Shown: piece after piece, positions 12,156 through 26,590 of the stretch
Layout: every line of letters begins with the position of its first letter
Numbering within the stretch: position 1 is the stretch's first letter
NCBI GenBank assembly: GCA_030390025.1
Contig: CM059432.1
Span: 143,718,001 to 143,782,000, forward strand
Reading direction: 5' to 3'
Length of the DNA stretch: 64,000 nt
From: Squalus acanthias
Taxonomy: Eukaryota
Notes under the pieces: generated by a model
Database searches by the model: none
What the model was told of the DNA's origin: nothing
The model's input: only the letters and a program-made list of their open reading frames with translations
Position numbers and translations under genes: made by a program

Positions 12156-14384
12156 CTATAAGAGAGAAAATTTATTGTAGAAGTGAGTTTTATTTTGTAC
12201 ATATATAGTCAGATGTACTGTACAGTGTAGGAATATAAAGCTGTTGGTTACAGTGCAACAGTATCTTGACAAATGTTTGTAAATGCAGCACAAAAGCCTC
12301 ACATTGTCTTTATACAACTGTTTCCAGTAAGAAGACGTACAACAGAGAACATGTTTCAAGAACATTCATCGACGGTAACTTGAATGGTCCCATGCCTAAA
12401 TACGCTGCTTGGTATGGCATGCAGACTGCTTGCAGTTCCAGGGGATTCCAAGCTCCATGATCCAGCCAGTATTTAACTCAGACTGGTAGCAGGTCGTCGG
12501 AAATGATAGTTGTTTCAATATTCAGCTCACGCTGAAGCAAACACTATTATTACACTGATATAGCTGCTCAAATTTAAGTAGCACCAATATCTAATACAAA
12601 GTTTTCAAGGCCACATTGTTGTATTAACCTTGCAGCCTGCACACCTTGGCAGTGTAACACATTCAAAATAGTTCCGATGAATTCAAAAACAAAATAACCA
12701 AATGCTCGAGTACATCTTCAGCAAGTCAGGACAGATTCTGACCGTACATAACTTCAAATTACTTTTGTTGAACAAAATAACTAATCAAAATAGCATTTTA
12801 CTTACCCGATGGAAATATATAAAAGTAGCCATCATACCCCTATGTTGTGTACTTAGCTTGCTAGACATGAGCAATGCCTGCAGCAACATCAATGCAAGCT
12901 ACCAAAAAGGGCCCCATGAATCATATTTTTCACAGAAACAGCACGAGAACAAGCAAAGTTAGAAATCACAAGGTCAGCAATTGAAAGAAATAGAATGACT
13001 CCGACAATGGATACATGAAGTTTAAATAGCTTCAGCTCATTTGATAACACAAAGCAAAACTACCAACTCGACCACCTCCTTGAAACCACCCCTCTGTATT
13101 TGTCTTGCCACCTGCTAAACCTTCTCCCTTCCTCAAGGCAGCAGTTCATTTCAGGGTACAGTTCCACACAGTGGTTGAAGTGCAACTTGTTAACAGGGGA
13201 TACTCGGGCAGAGGTTATACAACTTTTCTGCGTGGGGACCCCCTCCAAATAATGATGCCTCCTAACTTGCAGAAAACGGTGACAGCAACCCAAAGCAAAA
13301 GTGAACCATGCTTGTTCGTGCAGAGCAACAGATAAAGTTAAATCAACAAATGCAGAATAAACACAGAATTCCTGAGACATTGTGTTTGGTTCGCCAAGGA
13401 ACAATCAACTGTGTGTATGGGAAACAAAAATGCTGGCGACACAAGGTAGATAACGAGCTACTTACACCAGTAAATTACTGCTTTGCCAAGAACATTACCT
13501 CAACAGAATTTGATCAATTACAGTGAAACTCCATTACAAATGTGTTGGCGCTGCTGATTTGGTTGTAGATAGGGATTGACCTTGAAGTTGTGCTCCTCTA
13601 CTGGTTACAAAAATTGTTACAAACTATATTAGAAAAATCAATGTTGCCCGTCTCCGTTAAAAAAAACCAGAAAAGTGAATTCTATTTACTCTGAAGAAAA
13701 CTTGTCAATAACTTAAGTGGGGGGGGGGGGGGGGCGCGGGGGGCAGCGTGAAAGATGCCCGTGATAACTTCAAAAGCAACAGAAAACTGCCCCACGGTGC
13801 CAGGATTATGGAAATGATAATCAATTTCGAGTGGGTCGTTTCCTGGCGACTCTTGGGTTTATAAGTTGGACAAACTCGTCTCCCTCCTTTCCTCTCCTCC
13901 ACACTTGCACTAATTTAAAAAACTTTACTATGAATTATATGTATAAAATCATTATTGACTGTCCTAATCTCTCAACTGTGCTATCTCCACCCACGAGAAA
14001 ACAGTACATTTTATCCCAGTTTTTTTTTAAATATATAAAAGATTCTCAATTTCTAGTGGCGAGTACATCTCACCAATGCTTACCATGCCGAAATATTCTA
14101 CTGGGCCGTTTTCTAACAGGGCCATCATGTGGAAAGATACCATGCACTACCCTCTGCTGCAAATGCCTCAGCTAGAAATGGACTAAAAGTTTGAACTGTA
14201 AGCAGCAACTTTTGCACAGCGCAGACAGGGTTTGAGTTTATTACATCTAGTTTGGATGTGAAGTGACATATATGGCACACAACTGTGGAAAACAAAATTA
14301 GCCGATTAACAAATAATTATCAGTTTATTGTTCAAAAAGATTGTAATTCACGGACGAAAGAACAAAATTTGGGAAATGGGTACG

Positions 14385-14610
14385 CTACTGGGTCGATGCT
14401 GAACTTTCACCTCTGGCATTTGCATTAAAATCTAGACCACATTGATGCAATGAAAGTCGCTCTTCTGCTAACTGCAAAGGTTCGACATGAACTGAGCCCA
14501 AGAGATTCAACCCGGTTCCTGCTGGGCACAGACCGCAGCACAAAACCACCCTTAATCTTGCCCTACGTTGACAATCTTATTCCGAGGCCACACAATGTGT
14601 GGGAAATGGA
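14385..14610 (+). mobile_element. Ancient LF-SINE-like element, diverged
   Basis: Motifs ctttcacctct, tgaaagtc, ccggttcct-gctgggcac and agcacaaaacc resemble the recalled LF-SINE consensus; a related minus copy is at ~61000-61110. Confidence 0.4.
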
Positions 14611-15039
14611 AATGCAACACTGGTGCTGAAACACGCTGGGAAGGAAGAGATGGAGCTGTACTGGTCTAGTCTGGTTGTAGATATTGAATGGTCAATGTGG
14701 AGTGTGCATCCCAGTACTAACATTCTCACTTTGGTAACCTGCACAAGTTTCTTTTTAAAGCACAACATTTTGATTGTCTCAAAATGTGTTCAGCATCAGA
14801 ATGGCAAAACTCAATTTCCAGCCCTTCTATTCCTGAGGTCAGTGAGCTCAATATATGGAGGTGTACCTGGGAAAGCAGTAAGATGCATCCCTTGAGGTAA
14901 ATATCTGGGGTGGATAGGAAGTGTAGTCCTCTCGTGCAATCGCCCCAACCACTTCAGATTTCTGAAATGTATGCGAAAAAGGAAAACCTAAGGATTTCCT
15001 ACAATAGAACATTGTATCTTCCAATCGTCATTGTTCCCT

Positions 15040-15420
15040 TCCTAAAGATGCCAACTTCTGATGGAGTATAGGTTCAACAGACCACCTCTGGTAGCCTTGC
15101 TTGCCAAATTGTCAATTATTCTTCTGTGAACCAGCAGTGAGTGGTGGCAAGCAACAGGATCATGGAGAGCATTGTTACTCAGCCTGATCCTGTATTCACC
15201 CATTGTTAACATCGCACACAATGGAAACTCAATAGAGGTCAATGGACGCCAATCAGGAGGGGGAACCTTGGTCAATCTTCCCCCTCCCTAGCAGAGGGGC
15301 ACTGAGGCTAATTGCAGCAACCCTAACTCTTGTGGATGAGATTAGTTAAATCAGCATACGAGAATAAACTTTCCTTAGACTTGGCTCAGTGCATCACAGA
15401 ATATATTTATTCATCAACGT
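15040..15420 (-). mobile_element. Ancient tRNA-derived SINE (AmnSINE2-like)
   Basis: Reverse complement contains caattagcctcagtgcccctctgctagggaggggg...ggttccccctcctgat, shared with 25290-25460, 26250-26590 and 48255-48600. Confidence 0.5.
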
Positions 15421-16441
15421 AGTGCAAGATTAGGGACAGTTTTGTGCTGTGCCTGTACCCAGTAAGAACTGGAGTTTTACCAGAGACGCAAATTGCCTTA
15501 AGAGCAGATTTAAACCAGAATCAACCAAGCTTAAATTTGATATCTAGAACAGTTAGACATCACGAGTACACGTGACCGTGAGCAGGACAAAGATTTTCAT
15601 ATGAAAGTCAACTGTAGACTATTATTCCATCTTTCCAACAGCAGACAGAGACAGGACCTATAAGATTACCAGTCATTGTTTAAATCACATCTCCATCTAT
15701 CAAGAGGGGTCTTGGTCACTGTCCTTTCAGAGTGCTGCCACCGCTAACACAACAGAAAGCACTATCCAACAGCCATTTCCTGATCCACATCTCAACAGCA
15801 ATCTACAGGGACGAGATATAATCTTCCAATCTCATTTCTCCACTGGTGCAGCTGCTACTGCACCCAAGCCAGGCCCCTCAATTTCCTGACAGCAGCGCAC
15901 TTCAAAGACTGGAAGCATTTCCTCTGGAACTCGTGCCTGGAAATACTGCTCGTGTTCACTACATTCAACTCCTTCCATGTACAAAGACATTTTTCGTTTA
16001 AGGTTTACAAGGATGCACATTCTGTACCTGCCTTTAATTCTGGCAGAATAAACAAACGCAACCTCTTTGAAACTTTCAATTTGTACTTGCCCTGGAATTA
16101 TATTTTCCACTAAGGCATGTGCAGAGACTTCTTAAACCACTTCCAAAGCAACTAGAACAGTTGCAAATCCATTACTGAAATAGAATTCTGAGTGGATAGA
16201 TGAAATATCGTTTGTACGCCTAATAGACTATCTGATCCACTGATAAACAATGAGTACAAGATTAACTTTAAATTCAAGCAAAAGAAATCTCTTGCTGCTA
16301 AACAGATGTTTAAATTAGTTATACAAATAGGAAACTGAAAGCAGCAAATCCAAAGATAAGGTAAAGTCAGAAACAAGCTTCCTCCCCAGTGTACCTCAAA
16401 TCTGATCTTACTCACCCATGTGCAATACATAACCCCAAAAA

Positions 16442-17320
16442 GCGTGATCCCACCACCAAACACATCTTCCCCTCACCTCCCCTTTCAGCATTCCGAAGGG
16501 ACCGCTTCCTCCGCGACACCCTGGTTCACTCCTCTATCACCCCTTCCCTGGCACCTTCCCGTGCAAGCGCAGATGCAGCAACACATACCCTTTTACCTCC
16601 ACCCTTCCCACTGTCCAGTGCCCCAAACACTCCTTCCAGGTGAAACTGCGATTTACTTGTACTTCTTGCAATTTAGTATACTGTATTCGCTGCTCACGAT
16701 GCGGTCTCCTCTACATTGGGGAGACCAAACGCAGATTGCATGACTGCTTTGCGGAACACCTCCGTTCAGTCTGTAAGGGTGACCCTGAACTTCCGGTCGC
16801 CTGTCACTTTAATTCTCCGCTCACTCCCACTCAGACCTCACCGTCCTCGGCCTCTTACACTGTTCCAATGAAGCTCAACGTAATCTCGAGGAACAGCATC
16901 TAATCTTTCAATTAGGCACTTTACAGCCTTCTGGACTCAACAGAGTTCAACAATTTCAGACCATAACCTCTGCCCCTATTCTTTTTTCCTCCATTAATTT
17001 TATTTTATTTTTTTACACTTCATCTAGAGCCATCTTTTGTTTTCTTAACTTGTCCCATTATCATCTCCTTTTGCCTTGCACCATCTCTTAATCTCTCTCA
17101 ATGTCTCTTAATCTCTCCTGCCTTCCATCCTATCACAGACCTTCCCTTTTGTTCTTTCCTCCCCTCCCCCCTCTCCCTGCCCCTACACTTGCTTAAAAAC
17201 CTGTTTGATCTCCAGCTTTTTCCGGTTCTGACGAAGGGTCATCGACCTGAAACGTTAACTCTGTTTCTCTCTCCACAGATGCTGCCTGACCTGCTGAGTA
17301 TTTCCAGCATTTTCTGTTTT
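16442..17320 (+). mobile_element. Penelope-like element (family A), GIY-YIG C-terminus plus 3' pseudo-LTR; hammerhead at 17224-17260
   Basis: ORF 16640-16903 FTCTSCNLVYCIRCSRCGLLYIGETKRRL; 12-bp TSD TAACCCCAAAAA (16430-16441 / 17321-17332). Confidence 0.92.
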
Positions 17321-17611
17321 TAACCCCAAAAACTGTAATGCGAATTCCAAGGAAAATCATCTGTACATAATACAAGCTGCCCTCACCCACATGGCTTTGG
17401 AACTGTTACGCGGCATTGTAAGAACTATAGCGCAGGAGAGATGGCTTCCTGCATTTCCTGTTGTAGTTATACTGGTTTAGCTCATTTGTTGCACTTCAAG
17501 CAGCTAAACAAACTACACCATTCCAAAATCACTTGCAAATGGTTTCATTTTAGTATTTGTATATAATGTGCATCCCTACTTCTGGGCAGTGTTTTGATAA
17601 TCCATAACAGT

Positions 17612-19022
17612 TCATCATAGAATTTTACAGCACAGAAGGTCATTTGGCCCATCTTGTCCATGCCGGCCGACAAAGAGCTATCCACCCTAATCCCACTTTC
17701 CAGCACTTGGTCCGTAGCCTTGTAGTGCATATCCAAGTACTTTTTAAATGTGATGAGGGTTTCTGCCTCTACCACCCTTTCAGGCAGTGAGTTCCAGACC
17801 CCCACCACCCTCTGGGTGAAAGAATTTCTCCTCAAATCCCCTTTAAACCCTACCAATTATTTGAAATCTATGCCCCTGGTTATTGACCCTCTCTGCTCAG
17901 GGAAATAGGTCCTTCCTATCCACTCTACCCAGACCCCTCAATTTTATACACCTCAATTAGGTCTCCCCTCAGCCTCCTCTGTTCCAAAGAAAACAACCCC
18001 AGCCTATCCAATCTTTCCTCAGCTAAAATTCCCCAGCCCAGGCAACATCCTCATAAATCTCCTCTGCACCCTCTCTCGTGCAATCACATCTTTCCTGTAA
18101 TGTGGTGACCAGAACTGAACGCAGTATTTTAGCTGCGGCCTAACTAGTGTTTTATACAGTTCAAGCATAACCTCACTGCTCTTGTATTCTGTGCCTTCGG
18201 CTAATAAAGGCAAGTATCCCATATGCCTTCTTAACCACCTTATCTATCTGTCCTGCTATCTTCAGGGATCTGTGGACATGCACTCCAAGGTCCCTCTGAT
18301 CCTCTGCACTTCAGTGTCCTACCATTTATTGTGTATTCCCTTGCCTTGTTAGCCCTCCCCAAATGCATTACCTCACACTTCTCCAGATTGAATTCCATTT
18401 GCCACTGTTCTGTCCACGAGACCAGTCCATTGATATCTTCCTGCAGTCTACAGCTTTCTTCTTTATCAACCACACGGCCAATTTTTGTATCATCTGCAAA
18501 CTTCTTAATCATACTTCCTACATTCGAGTCTAAATCATTGATATATACCACAAAAAGCAAAGAACCCAGTACTGAGCCCTGCAGAACCCCGCTGGAAACA
18601 GCCATCCAGTCACAAAAACACCCTTCGACCATACCCTTTGTTTCCTGCCGCCGAGCCAATTTTGGATCCAACTTGCCACTTTGCCTTGGATCCCATGGGT
18701 GTTTACTTTCCTGACCAGTCTGCCATGCAGGACCTTATTAAAAGCCTTGCTAAAATCCATATAGACTACATCAAACGCACTACCCTCATTGAATTTGAGG
18801 AGGCAACAAGGAGGGTCAATCAAGTTAGTCAGACACGACCTTCCCTTAACAAATCCGTATCCTCTTCTAAATGAAGATTTATCCTGTTCCTCAGAATTTT
18901 TTTCCAATAATTTCCCCACCACTGAGGTTAGGCAGACTGGTCTGTAATTACTTGGTCTATTCCTTTCTCCCTTTTTAAACAACGGTACCACGTTAGCAGT
19001 CCTCCAGTACCACACCTGTAAC
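17612..19022 (-). mobile_element. CR1 LINE, 5'-truncated and frameshifted
   Basis: ORFs 18530-19015, 18240-18671, 18019-18222 and 17545-17856 with YRPVCLTS, DFSKAF, QGSVLG and FADD. Confidence 0.92.
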
Positions 19023-20461
19023 CAGAGAGAACGAAATACAGATGCAGCATTTTAGCAGCAAGTCCAAATAGGACAGATAGAGCCGGTAATTAACAGCAAG
19101 ATGAACGCTCGAAATTTTTATTTGATTTGAATGCCATTACACACATTTAACAGTAGTGTTGCATCATGAAACAATGCCAAAACAATTTGGCAAAGAGAGA
19201 TGAATACATTCTTCACACTAAAATTGGAAGAAAAAGAGCACAGTGGAAGAGCAGAGGTGCATTAAAGAATTTAACCAACTATTTTACCAGAGGATAGCAG
19301 TTGGGTTAGGGCAAGATTGGTACATAAAAATACGTCAAGTCTACAACACAGAAACAGGCTCCACACGAGGGTCTTCCCACCCCTCTTCATCTCACCCCAT
19401 CAGCATATCTTTCTATTACTTTCTCCCACGAGCTTATCTAGCTTCCCCTTAAATGCAATTCGCCTCAATGACTCGTGATAGCAAGTTCCACATTCTTGCC
19501 ACGCTCTGGGTAGAACAATTAATGCAATGAAGTCTTGCTTTATTTTGTTTTTACTGCAGAATATAGGGCTGGTTAAAATTCAGAACCAAGTTGTATGAGA
19601 ATCACAATCAAAGGAGCCCCAATGCAAGTGATTCAATGGTTTGAAGTATAAAGGGATAAGATAAACAATGTAAATGACCCTCTTGTCTGATCCTCTGATG
19701 ACATGGGGCAGAACCTGCAGCTTGGAGGGCTTTATGAAAACAAACAATAAAAGAACTCCTCTGTCCAGGAGAATGACTTGGTGACTTCTGCCTAAATCAT
19801 GTGGGGCAGTGCACATAGTAAAAAAATCTACATACAGCAAGCACTGCAGAGCTAGTACTACCATACTACATTGTGCAAGGCAAGAAAATACAAAGCCAAC
19901 TAGGAAAAATTAGATGCAAGTTAACAGTAAACAAATATCTTGAAGCTCAGATATGTGACCTTTTGCTCCTCCGTCAAATGTTAAAAATATAATCCAAGTA
20001 AAATACACAGGGTTTGCATTGCTGGTAAAATAAACTGCCAATGCAAGTCATTAATTACACCATGACACAAACCAAGATTCTTGCCAAGAAACTGAAATGC
20101 TGTGTCGAAACCTACACTTTTCAATTTAGAAATCTAAAAAAAAACCTCAAGTCGCCCTCTAAACATGAACCATATGTTGATTTCTCCAATATGGAAACAG
20201 CCATCAATGCTAAAAAGCCATTAACCAAAAAATCATTAGCACTGATTTTCATCAATTGCCCTATTTTGTACAATTATAACTTTAAAAAAAAATGAATTAT
20301 GCAAGTTTTCCAAATGCTTTTAAAAAACTGACCAGCCATGCATAGGTCAGGCCTACAGTGAACACTTATCATTGGGTATTACCTCCTGCAAATGACTGGG
20401 CTGAAAAGACCACACAGCTTTCACAGAATTTATTTTCTGCTTCTACCCGATTAGAGTCAGT

Positions 20462-20762
20462 CATGTTTCAGCGGGTAGCACTCTCAGCTCTGAGTCAGAA
20501 GGTTGTGGGTTCAAGTCCCACTCCAGGGACTTGAGCACATAATCTAGGCTGACACTACTGCAGTACTGAGCGAGTGCTCCTGGCCAATATTTATCCCGCA
20601 ACCACACAGATTATCTGGTCATTATCACATTGCTGTACGCAAATTGGCTGCAGTGTTTCCCTAGATTACAACAGCGACTACACTTCAAAAGTACTTCATT
20701 GGCTGTAAAATGCTTTGGGACGTCCTGAGGTCATTGGAGGCGCTGTAGAAATGCAAGTCTTC
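20462..20762 (+). mobile_element. tRNA-derived DeuSINE (SacSINE1-like), internally deleted
   Basis: Box B gggttcaagtccc; Deu-like tggccaatatttatccc; L2-type tail aaatgcaagtc; related to 34660-34957 and 35020-35432. Confidence 0.7.
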
Positions 20763-20913
20763 ATTAACGTACTGTGAACAGACAAGAACGCCATGCACCA
20801 CATAAACTTGAATCAAGTTTAAAATGTTGTAGAAATAACACCGCTGTTGGCAAATGATTCAAATTATAAACACAAACTTCAACACAGTACAAGAAAGAGG
20901 CAAAGAGGCTTAC

Positions 20914-21010
20914 CCTCTGCAACTCCCCAAGGATACTGTCTTCCCCTGACTCGCTTTCCATTCACCTCTATGATGGTATTACTACCTACAACAGCAAGAG
21001 GTAAACGATC
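20914..21010 (-). CDS. SEPTIN7: Septin-7 internal exon (97 nt): [32 protein letters not shown], start of the septin unique element
   Basis: Manual translation; acceptor ttttccag and donor GTAAGC. Confidence 0.97.
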
Positions 21011-21229
21011 CTGGAAAAGATTATTCACATAGATCAGTACAAAAATAACAAGAATCATTTACCAAACAAAAAATTATTAAAACTGTTTTAAGCTGGTGGA
21101 ACAAGATAGATAAGCTGGTTAGACTTAAATCGGTAGGTCCAGATAAGTCTCCACATATCTTACTTCGGGCTAAACCAGTACCCACGCTTTTAAAAACTAA
21201 TAGAGAATTATCTTACACACACGGAAGTG

Positions 21230-21720
21230 AAAAAATACAGAAGTTATGCTAAACCTTTATAAATCACTGGTTAGGCTTCAGTTGGAGTAGTGTGTCCAAT
21301 TCTGGGCACCACACTTTAGAAAGTATGTCAAGGGCTTGGAGAGGGTGCAGAGGAGGTTTACCAGAATGGTACCAGGGATGAGGGACTTCAGTTATGTGGA
21401 GAGACTGGAGAAACTGGGATTATTCTCCTTCGAGCAGAGACGGGTAAAGTGAGATTTAATAGAGGTGTTCAAAATTATGAAGGGTTTTGAAGAGTAATTA
21501 AGGAGAAGCTGTTTCCACTGGCAGGAGGGTCGGTAATCAGAGGACACATTTAAGGGAATTGGCAAAAGAAGCAGGGGTGGGAAGAAGAGGAGAATTTTTT
21601 TTCAGCAAGTTATGATGATCTGGAATGCGCTGCCTGAAAGGGCGGTGGAAGCAGATCCAATAGTAACTTTCAAAAGTGAATTGGATAAACACTTGAAAAG
21701 GAGAAATTTGCAGGGCTGTA
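21230..21720 (+). mobile_element. CR1 LINE 3' fragment
   Basis: LYKSLVRLQLE..VQFWAPHFRK and IWNALPERAVEA coding. Confidence 0.85.
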
Positions 21721-23631
21721 ATTGCACAGGAGTGAAAATTACTCAATGCAGAATTAATAATAGCTGTAATACCCAGCAACAAGATTCAGGTAAAAAAATT
21801 AATAATTTGACATCCAGAATCCAGCTGGAAAATTCCTGCAGACATTTTTTTTTTTAACATTAACTCACCAATTTTATGGGCAAGTTTAGAGACTTCCCCC
21901 CCACAGAATGGTGTATTTCTTTTTAATGTTATTTAATTACTAGGTGTAAACGCAGACCCGAGTGAAAATGGCAGACAGAATGACAGGAGATGATTTGAGC
22001 AATTAGCTTGGTTTTATGTACTTGCTGTTTAATGAATGGTAATTTTGGAGAAAGAAATCAGGGATTCATTGGCTCGAACATCTGCTGATTACTGGTTTCT
22101 CATTGGTACTCTGCTACTTTTTCATTAGTGGACACTTAATCATATTTGGTAACTTAATAGGCAAGTGGTTATCGAAATCGTTGGCAATATTTTTGCCCGA
22201 TGGAAGTGTGATGCTTTGAAAGCACGTGCTAAATGCAAGACTTTCTAAAAAATAAAAGTCACCTTTAAACTGAATTAAGGATTGAGGTTTGCAAATAGTT
22301 TTCCGACAGATAGGTGTTGCATTATATTACAATTTTCCAAAGCAGCCTTTAAAAATTCATTTTTAAACGACACAGGAAAACATGTCCATTTTCCAGACTT
22401 GGTGCACGCATGGTAGCCAAAACGGCTGCTGAGTAAAGCAATGCCATTTCCCAATAATGCACTCTACCTGTCCCCATCCAGTCTAATCCCTCAGGCAAGG
22501 ATTTCCCCACCCACCCAATCCCATCTCGAGTCCCTTTCTGTTCGAGACACCTGGCCTGTCTGCAACACTAAGATCTACGATGCGTCACATCCCCTCCTCC
22601 AACTGTGACACGCTGACAGCACACATCTCGGGCTGTATTTAAATGAAGGGTTTGATCCATTGCTACCACACAGATTCGAGAACACACATTTTATCATCTC
22701 TACTGGAAAAGGAGCAGAGGATCTTCCGTCAACTTGGAACAAGCAACAAGCAGGGCTGTGAGCCCAGTGAGATCCTTGCATCACATTCTAATATGATTTT
22801 GAAATTAATCATCACAAACTAAGCTGCACCTGAAGCTGTAGTTATTTCTTCTAGTTTAAACACATTTACCTGGGCACAGTGGCAGTTCTGCCAAATTTAA
22901 ATTCCTGTTTTTAGCACCATAGTTGGCTCCATTTCAAAGCTTACATGAATTATTTCTTTCTTCATTGTATTGATTTACAACTCGGGCCCATTTACCAGCC
23001 TTTTATCCTCCATCTGGTTTGCTATTACATACTCCATTGTTACCGCTTCCCCATCATGTTCCCTATCTGGTATAACTAGGTGGAACAGTCTCCTGCGACA
23101 TGAATCTTTTATAATTTCCTCAACACTTAGCAGTTTCCCAGGTTCGATTCGATTTAAACTCGGGGCTGAGCCACAATACAGATTTGTAACCCATCAATAA
23201 AATATTTTAAGACCTATTTATGGATTTCAAAAAAACAGCGGTATATCTGTCAAGCAGAATATTTAATTTCATAATTTAAGTTTCTCTAAAATTAATGCAA
23301 TTGCACTTTACAGAATGAAAATGCTCCAGCCAGGTGTTATTTGCAGTATTGGTTTGTCAACACTGAAACAGACTGTCAATTATGTATGAATAAACCCACA
23401 AAGGCTATTTCTTATCAATTACATTGAAAACGTGGCCCCATTTTTCAGAACTGCTCTTAACAAATTCAGCATAAAGGTCATAAGGTTTTGCATTCCATCA
23501 ATTGTTCCCTTCCATTTGAAATTATGCTTCCACTAATTAGTTAAAATCTATAGTTGCTCCTCTCAGGAAGTCTCTATACATTTCATCAATTATGGGGAAG
23601 TTGCGAGAACCACACGCCTATGATACACTAC

Positions 23632-23724
23632 CTTAATCTTTTTTACCAACTTGTTTTCTTCTTCATCATCGGTTTCTGGAAATTCATAGATCTTTATTTT
23701 ATGCTCCTGGATTTCTCTCATCAC
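23632..23724 (-). CDS. SEPTIN7: Septin-7 internal exon (93 nt): [31 protein letters not shown]
   Basis: Manual translation; acceptor ttttacag and donor GTAGTG; phase 0/0. Confidence 0.97.
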
Positions 23725-23789
23725 CTGTAAAAATAGCAGTTATTGAAACATTATCCAAAAAGTCAAGAAAGCTCAAGATTATATTGCTA

Positions 23790-24008
23790 TGCAAGTGGTT
23801 ACGATCTGGAACGCTCGACTGGAAAAGGAAATGGAAACAGATTCAATAGTAACTTTCAAAAGGAAACTGGATACATATTTGAAAGGAAAAAAATTTGCAG
23901 GGCTGTGGGGAAAGAGCAGGGGAGTGGGACTAATTGAATAACTCTACCAAAGAGCCGGCACAGGCACGATGGGCCGAATGGCCTGCTTCTGTGATGTATG
24001 GTTCTATA
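23790..24008 (+). mobile_element. CR1 LINE 3' end
   Basis: Same 3' UTR as 7900-8056 and 32590-32830 (ggcacgatgggccgaatggcct). Confidence 0.8.
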
Positions 24009-24555
24009 AATCAGATCAAGTGTGCTGGCTATTTCAGGCAGTTGAGTAAGTTCTTTGCACCTCATTAATCCCCTGTACTTAGCACTTTACAACATCCCTT
24101 TAGCTGTGCGATGTTCATTTTTGATGCACTTGGGATCTCTGTGACAAACTGTTCGCTGTTAAACTGGGGTTTTATGGCCCCAGAAATGAAAATATCGGGG
24201 ATTTAAATATCTAAAAGAATCACGAGAACCTCGCGTGTTACAAAAGCCGGGCATCACTTGTAGACAGAGCACATATCCTGAAGTTACTTGATCTGGCCAT
24301 AACAGGATTCATGAAGATAGATGAAAATACATTCAGGTTTTCAAGTCTGCTTGGTTTAAACTGTACATGCACTGAATTAGTTTTGCCGTCCCCGCTTATA
24401 ACGGGTAAGTTACGTTAACCAATGCACCCGCTATAAGCAGTGAGGACTGTACTGTGCAGTATGCCGTTTTATTAAAAAAAACACATTCCACACACCCAAG
24501 CAAGTCTTAGAATAGCAAACAATATTCTTAAAACTACCCAAGAATGTCTTCTCAC

Positions 24556-24673
24556 CTGTCTCTTGAACTGCTGGCATTCTTCTGGAGTGAGGGTGTCTGC
24601 TTTGGCAATGAGCGGAATGATATTAACTTTTTCGTGTAGGCGCTTCATGAATTCAATATCCAATGGCTTTAGT
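24556..24673 (-). CDS. SEPTIN7: Septin-7 internal exon (118 nt): [40 protein letters not shown]4 AKAD motif
   Basis: Lies within ORF 24472..24690; acceptor ttttgcag and donor GTGAGA. Confidence 0.98.
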
Positions 24674-26249
24674 CTGCAAAAATACAACATCTAAGTTAGC
24701 AACCTTATTGTCCATTTTGAAACTTGTGGAAATGTTTGCTTATTAAATTCAAACTAAAGACAGCGGATGAACCTGCTGATCATTTCATGCTGCACAACAA
24801 ATGTCATACATTGAGGAGCTTGCCTAATGGAACATTCTACACGTGTAAGGCTAAGATTTGCCCTAGTAACAACAAATACAGAATTGGTCATTTGCCTGCA
24901 CAATGAGCGATCCTAAATGCAAGCCACCCAAGTATTTTTTTTCCAAAATAGGTAATGTTTTGGAGTCCGTTGCCTCCTTTGCTCTTAACTGACGTGTAAT
25001 AAAGTTATCCCAAGTCACTGAAGAGCAAAGACGGAATAAAAGCTAATTTTTGGTATCATTCCCTTTCAGAAAAAAATATCGACTTAGCATGTATTTTGCC
25101 TATGTAATCTAATGCAATTAATTCAATAAAGTCATTTGACCGAGGTTTATTCCGATTGAAGTGGGCACTAAGTATTGTTGAGTATGACGTACTTTGACCT
25201 TAAGAACATCTCCAGAGGCTGATAAATCTACTGATATTTTCTTCAATATCCCAGGTAGGTCAATTCTCCCATTAAACATTAAAATTCAGTGGCTCCGGGC
25301 TAAGGAAAAACAGACAGCGCTCCCACTCCTGATTATCTCGTAGCCCCTGCTGGAAACACATGGCTGCAGACACCAAACGGGGACATCAGGCACAGCATAC
25401 ATGAGGAATGGTTACTTGAGTAAGTGTCAGAGGGCTGTCCCTGTTGAACACAACTCCAAAAAAAAAGGGGGCAAGACCAAGAATAAAACTGGACGCAGGA
25501 ACAACAGCCTTCCATGATGTTGTAATACTACTGTATCTTGACATTCAAGTAGAATGTAACCATTATTAATCTAGCAAGAGTTTGTTACCATTAAACTGAA
25601 TGGAAAAGGAAACCACAGAGTACAAAATGTTTTCTTTCATCAAATTGAAGCCAGTTATGGCACTGCAGTGCAAATTTGTTAGAAGGTCAACATTCTATTG
25701 CAGAAGTGGAGTATTATCTGAAAACATGTCCTATTATTCTGTAGTTATTGGCAATGCAAAACTGCCAATCAGTATGAATCTACTAGGAAAAGTAAAGAAA
25801 ACGTGAAGCCAAAGATAAAGCCAATCTCAACAAATGGTAGCCAATGTTGTTATGCACAATAGGCAGGCATAAATTTTAACACATTGCTCGCAAATATAAA
25901 TGGTACCGATTGCAGATTGAACAGAGGACATTTGTCCATTAGAATTCAGATGGTGTCCCCAGTTGCAGCTGTTTAAAATGTTTACAGAGCTAAGTCACTT
26001 AGCTTATGCTCAATTCATAACTTTTCTACCAGTTCTCATTTCTAGCAACAATGTAAAAGTGGAAGCTTTGGGAGAAAGTTTGTCGGATCACCAACTGGTG
26101 AGCTCCAAGTGTTTAGGTCATGTGGATTAGATGAAGTAGGCTCGTATGGAGCATAAACACCGGCATAGACCAAGTGGCACGAATGGCCTGTTTCAGTGCT
26201 GTACATTTATAATGGATAACATATCATGAGGATTGGTGGCATCTGTTAC

Positions 26250-26590
26250 AATGCCACTCTCGGTATGACTAGAGGTTATGCTGATCAGGTTCGATGAAAT
26301 AGGGTGGGAGCAATTTGGGCATAATTGACTTCAGTGCTCCTGGGCTAGAGGGGAGAACAAGCAGCCAGGGCTTGTACACCAACTTCGTCCAAGTGCTCGC
26401 GTCTGAAAAGCGTGCGATAGCGTCAAGGAACACCAGGAGCAGAGTAGGCTGTAATGCTCTTGGTAGGCGATTAGCCCGCAGCACTCTGTCTAGGCTGATA
26501 CATGAAGGAAGGCCACTTGGGAGAGATACTGGAAGATTGCCAGATCTCAGCAGTCAGTGTTTTCAGGAGTGAAGTAAAGAAAATTAGAAG
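26250..26590 (+). mobile_element. Ancient tRNA-derived SINE (AmnSINE2-like)
   Basis: ctgggctagaggggag...agccaggg and tgtctaggctgatacatgaaggaaggccacttggg motifs. Confidence 0.5.

Noticed and set aside
13718..13745. G-tracts as functional G-quadruplexes (also 6839, 61725)
   Set aside because: Homopolymer runs with unreliable length and no independent support; they read as C-runs in the septin transcript
20462..20530. tRNA genes (also 35020-35090)
   Set aside because: These are tRNA-derived SINE heads that continue into SINE bodies; no complete cloverleaf was seen
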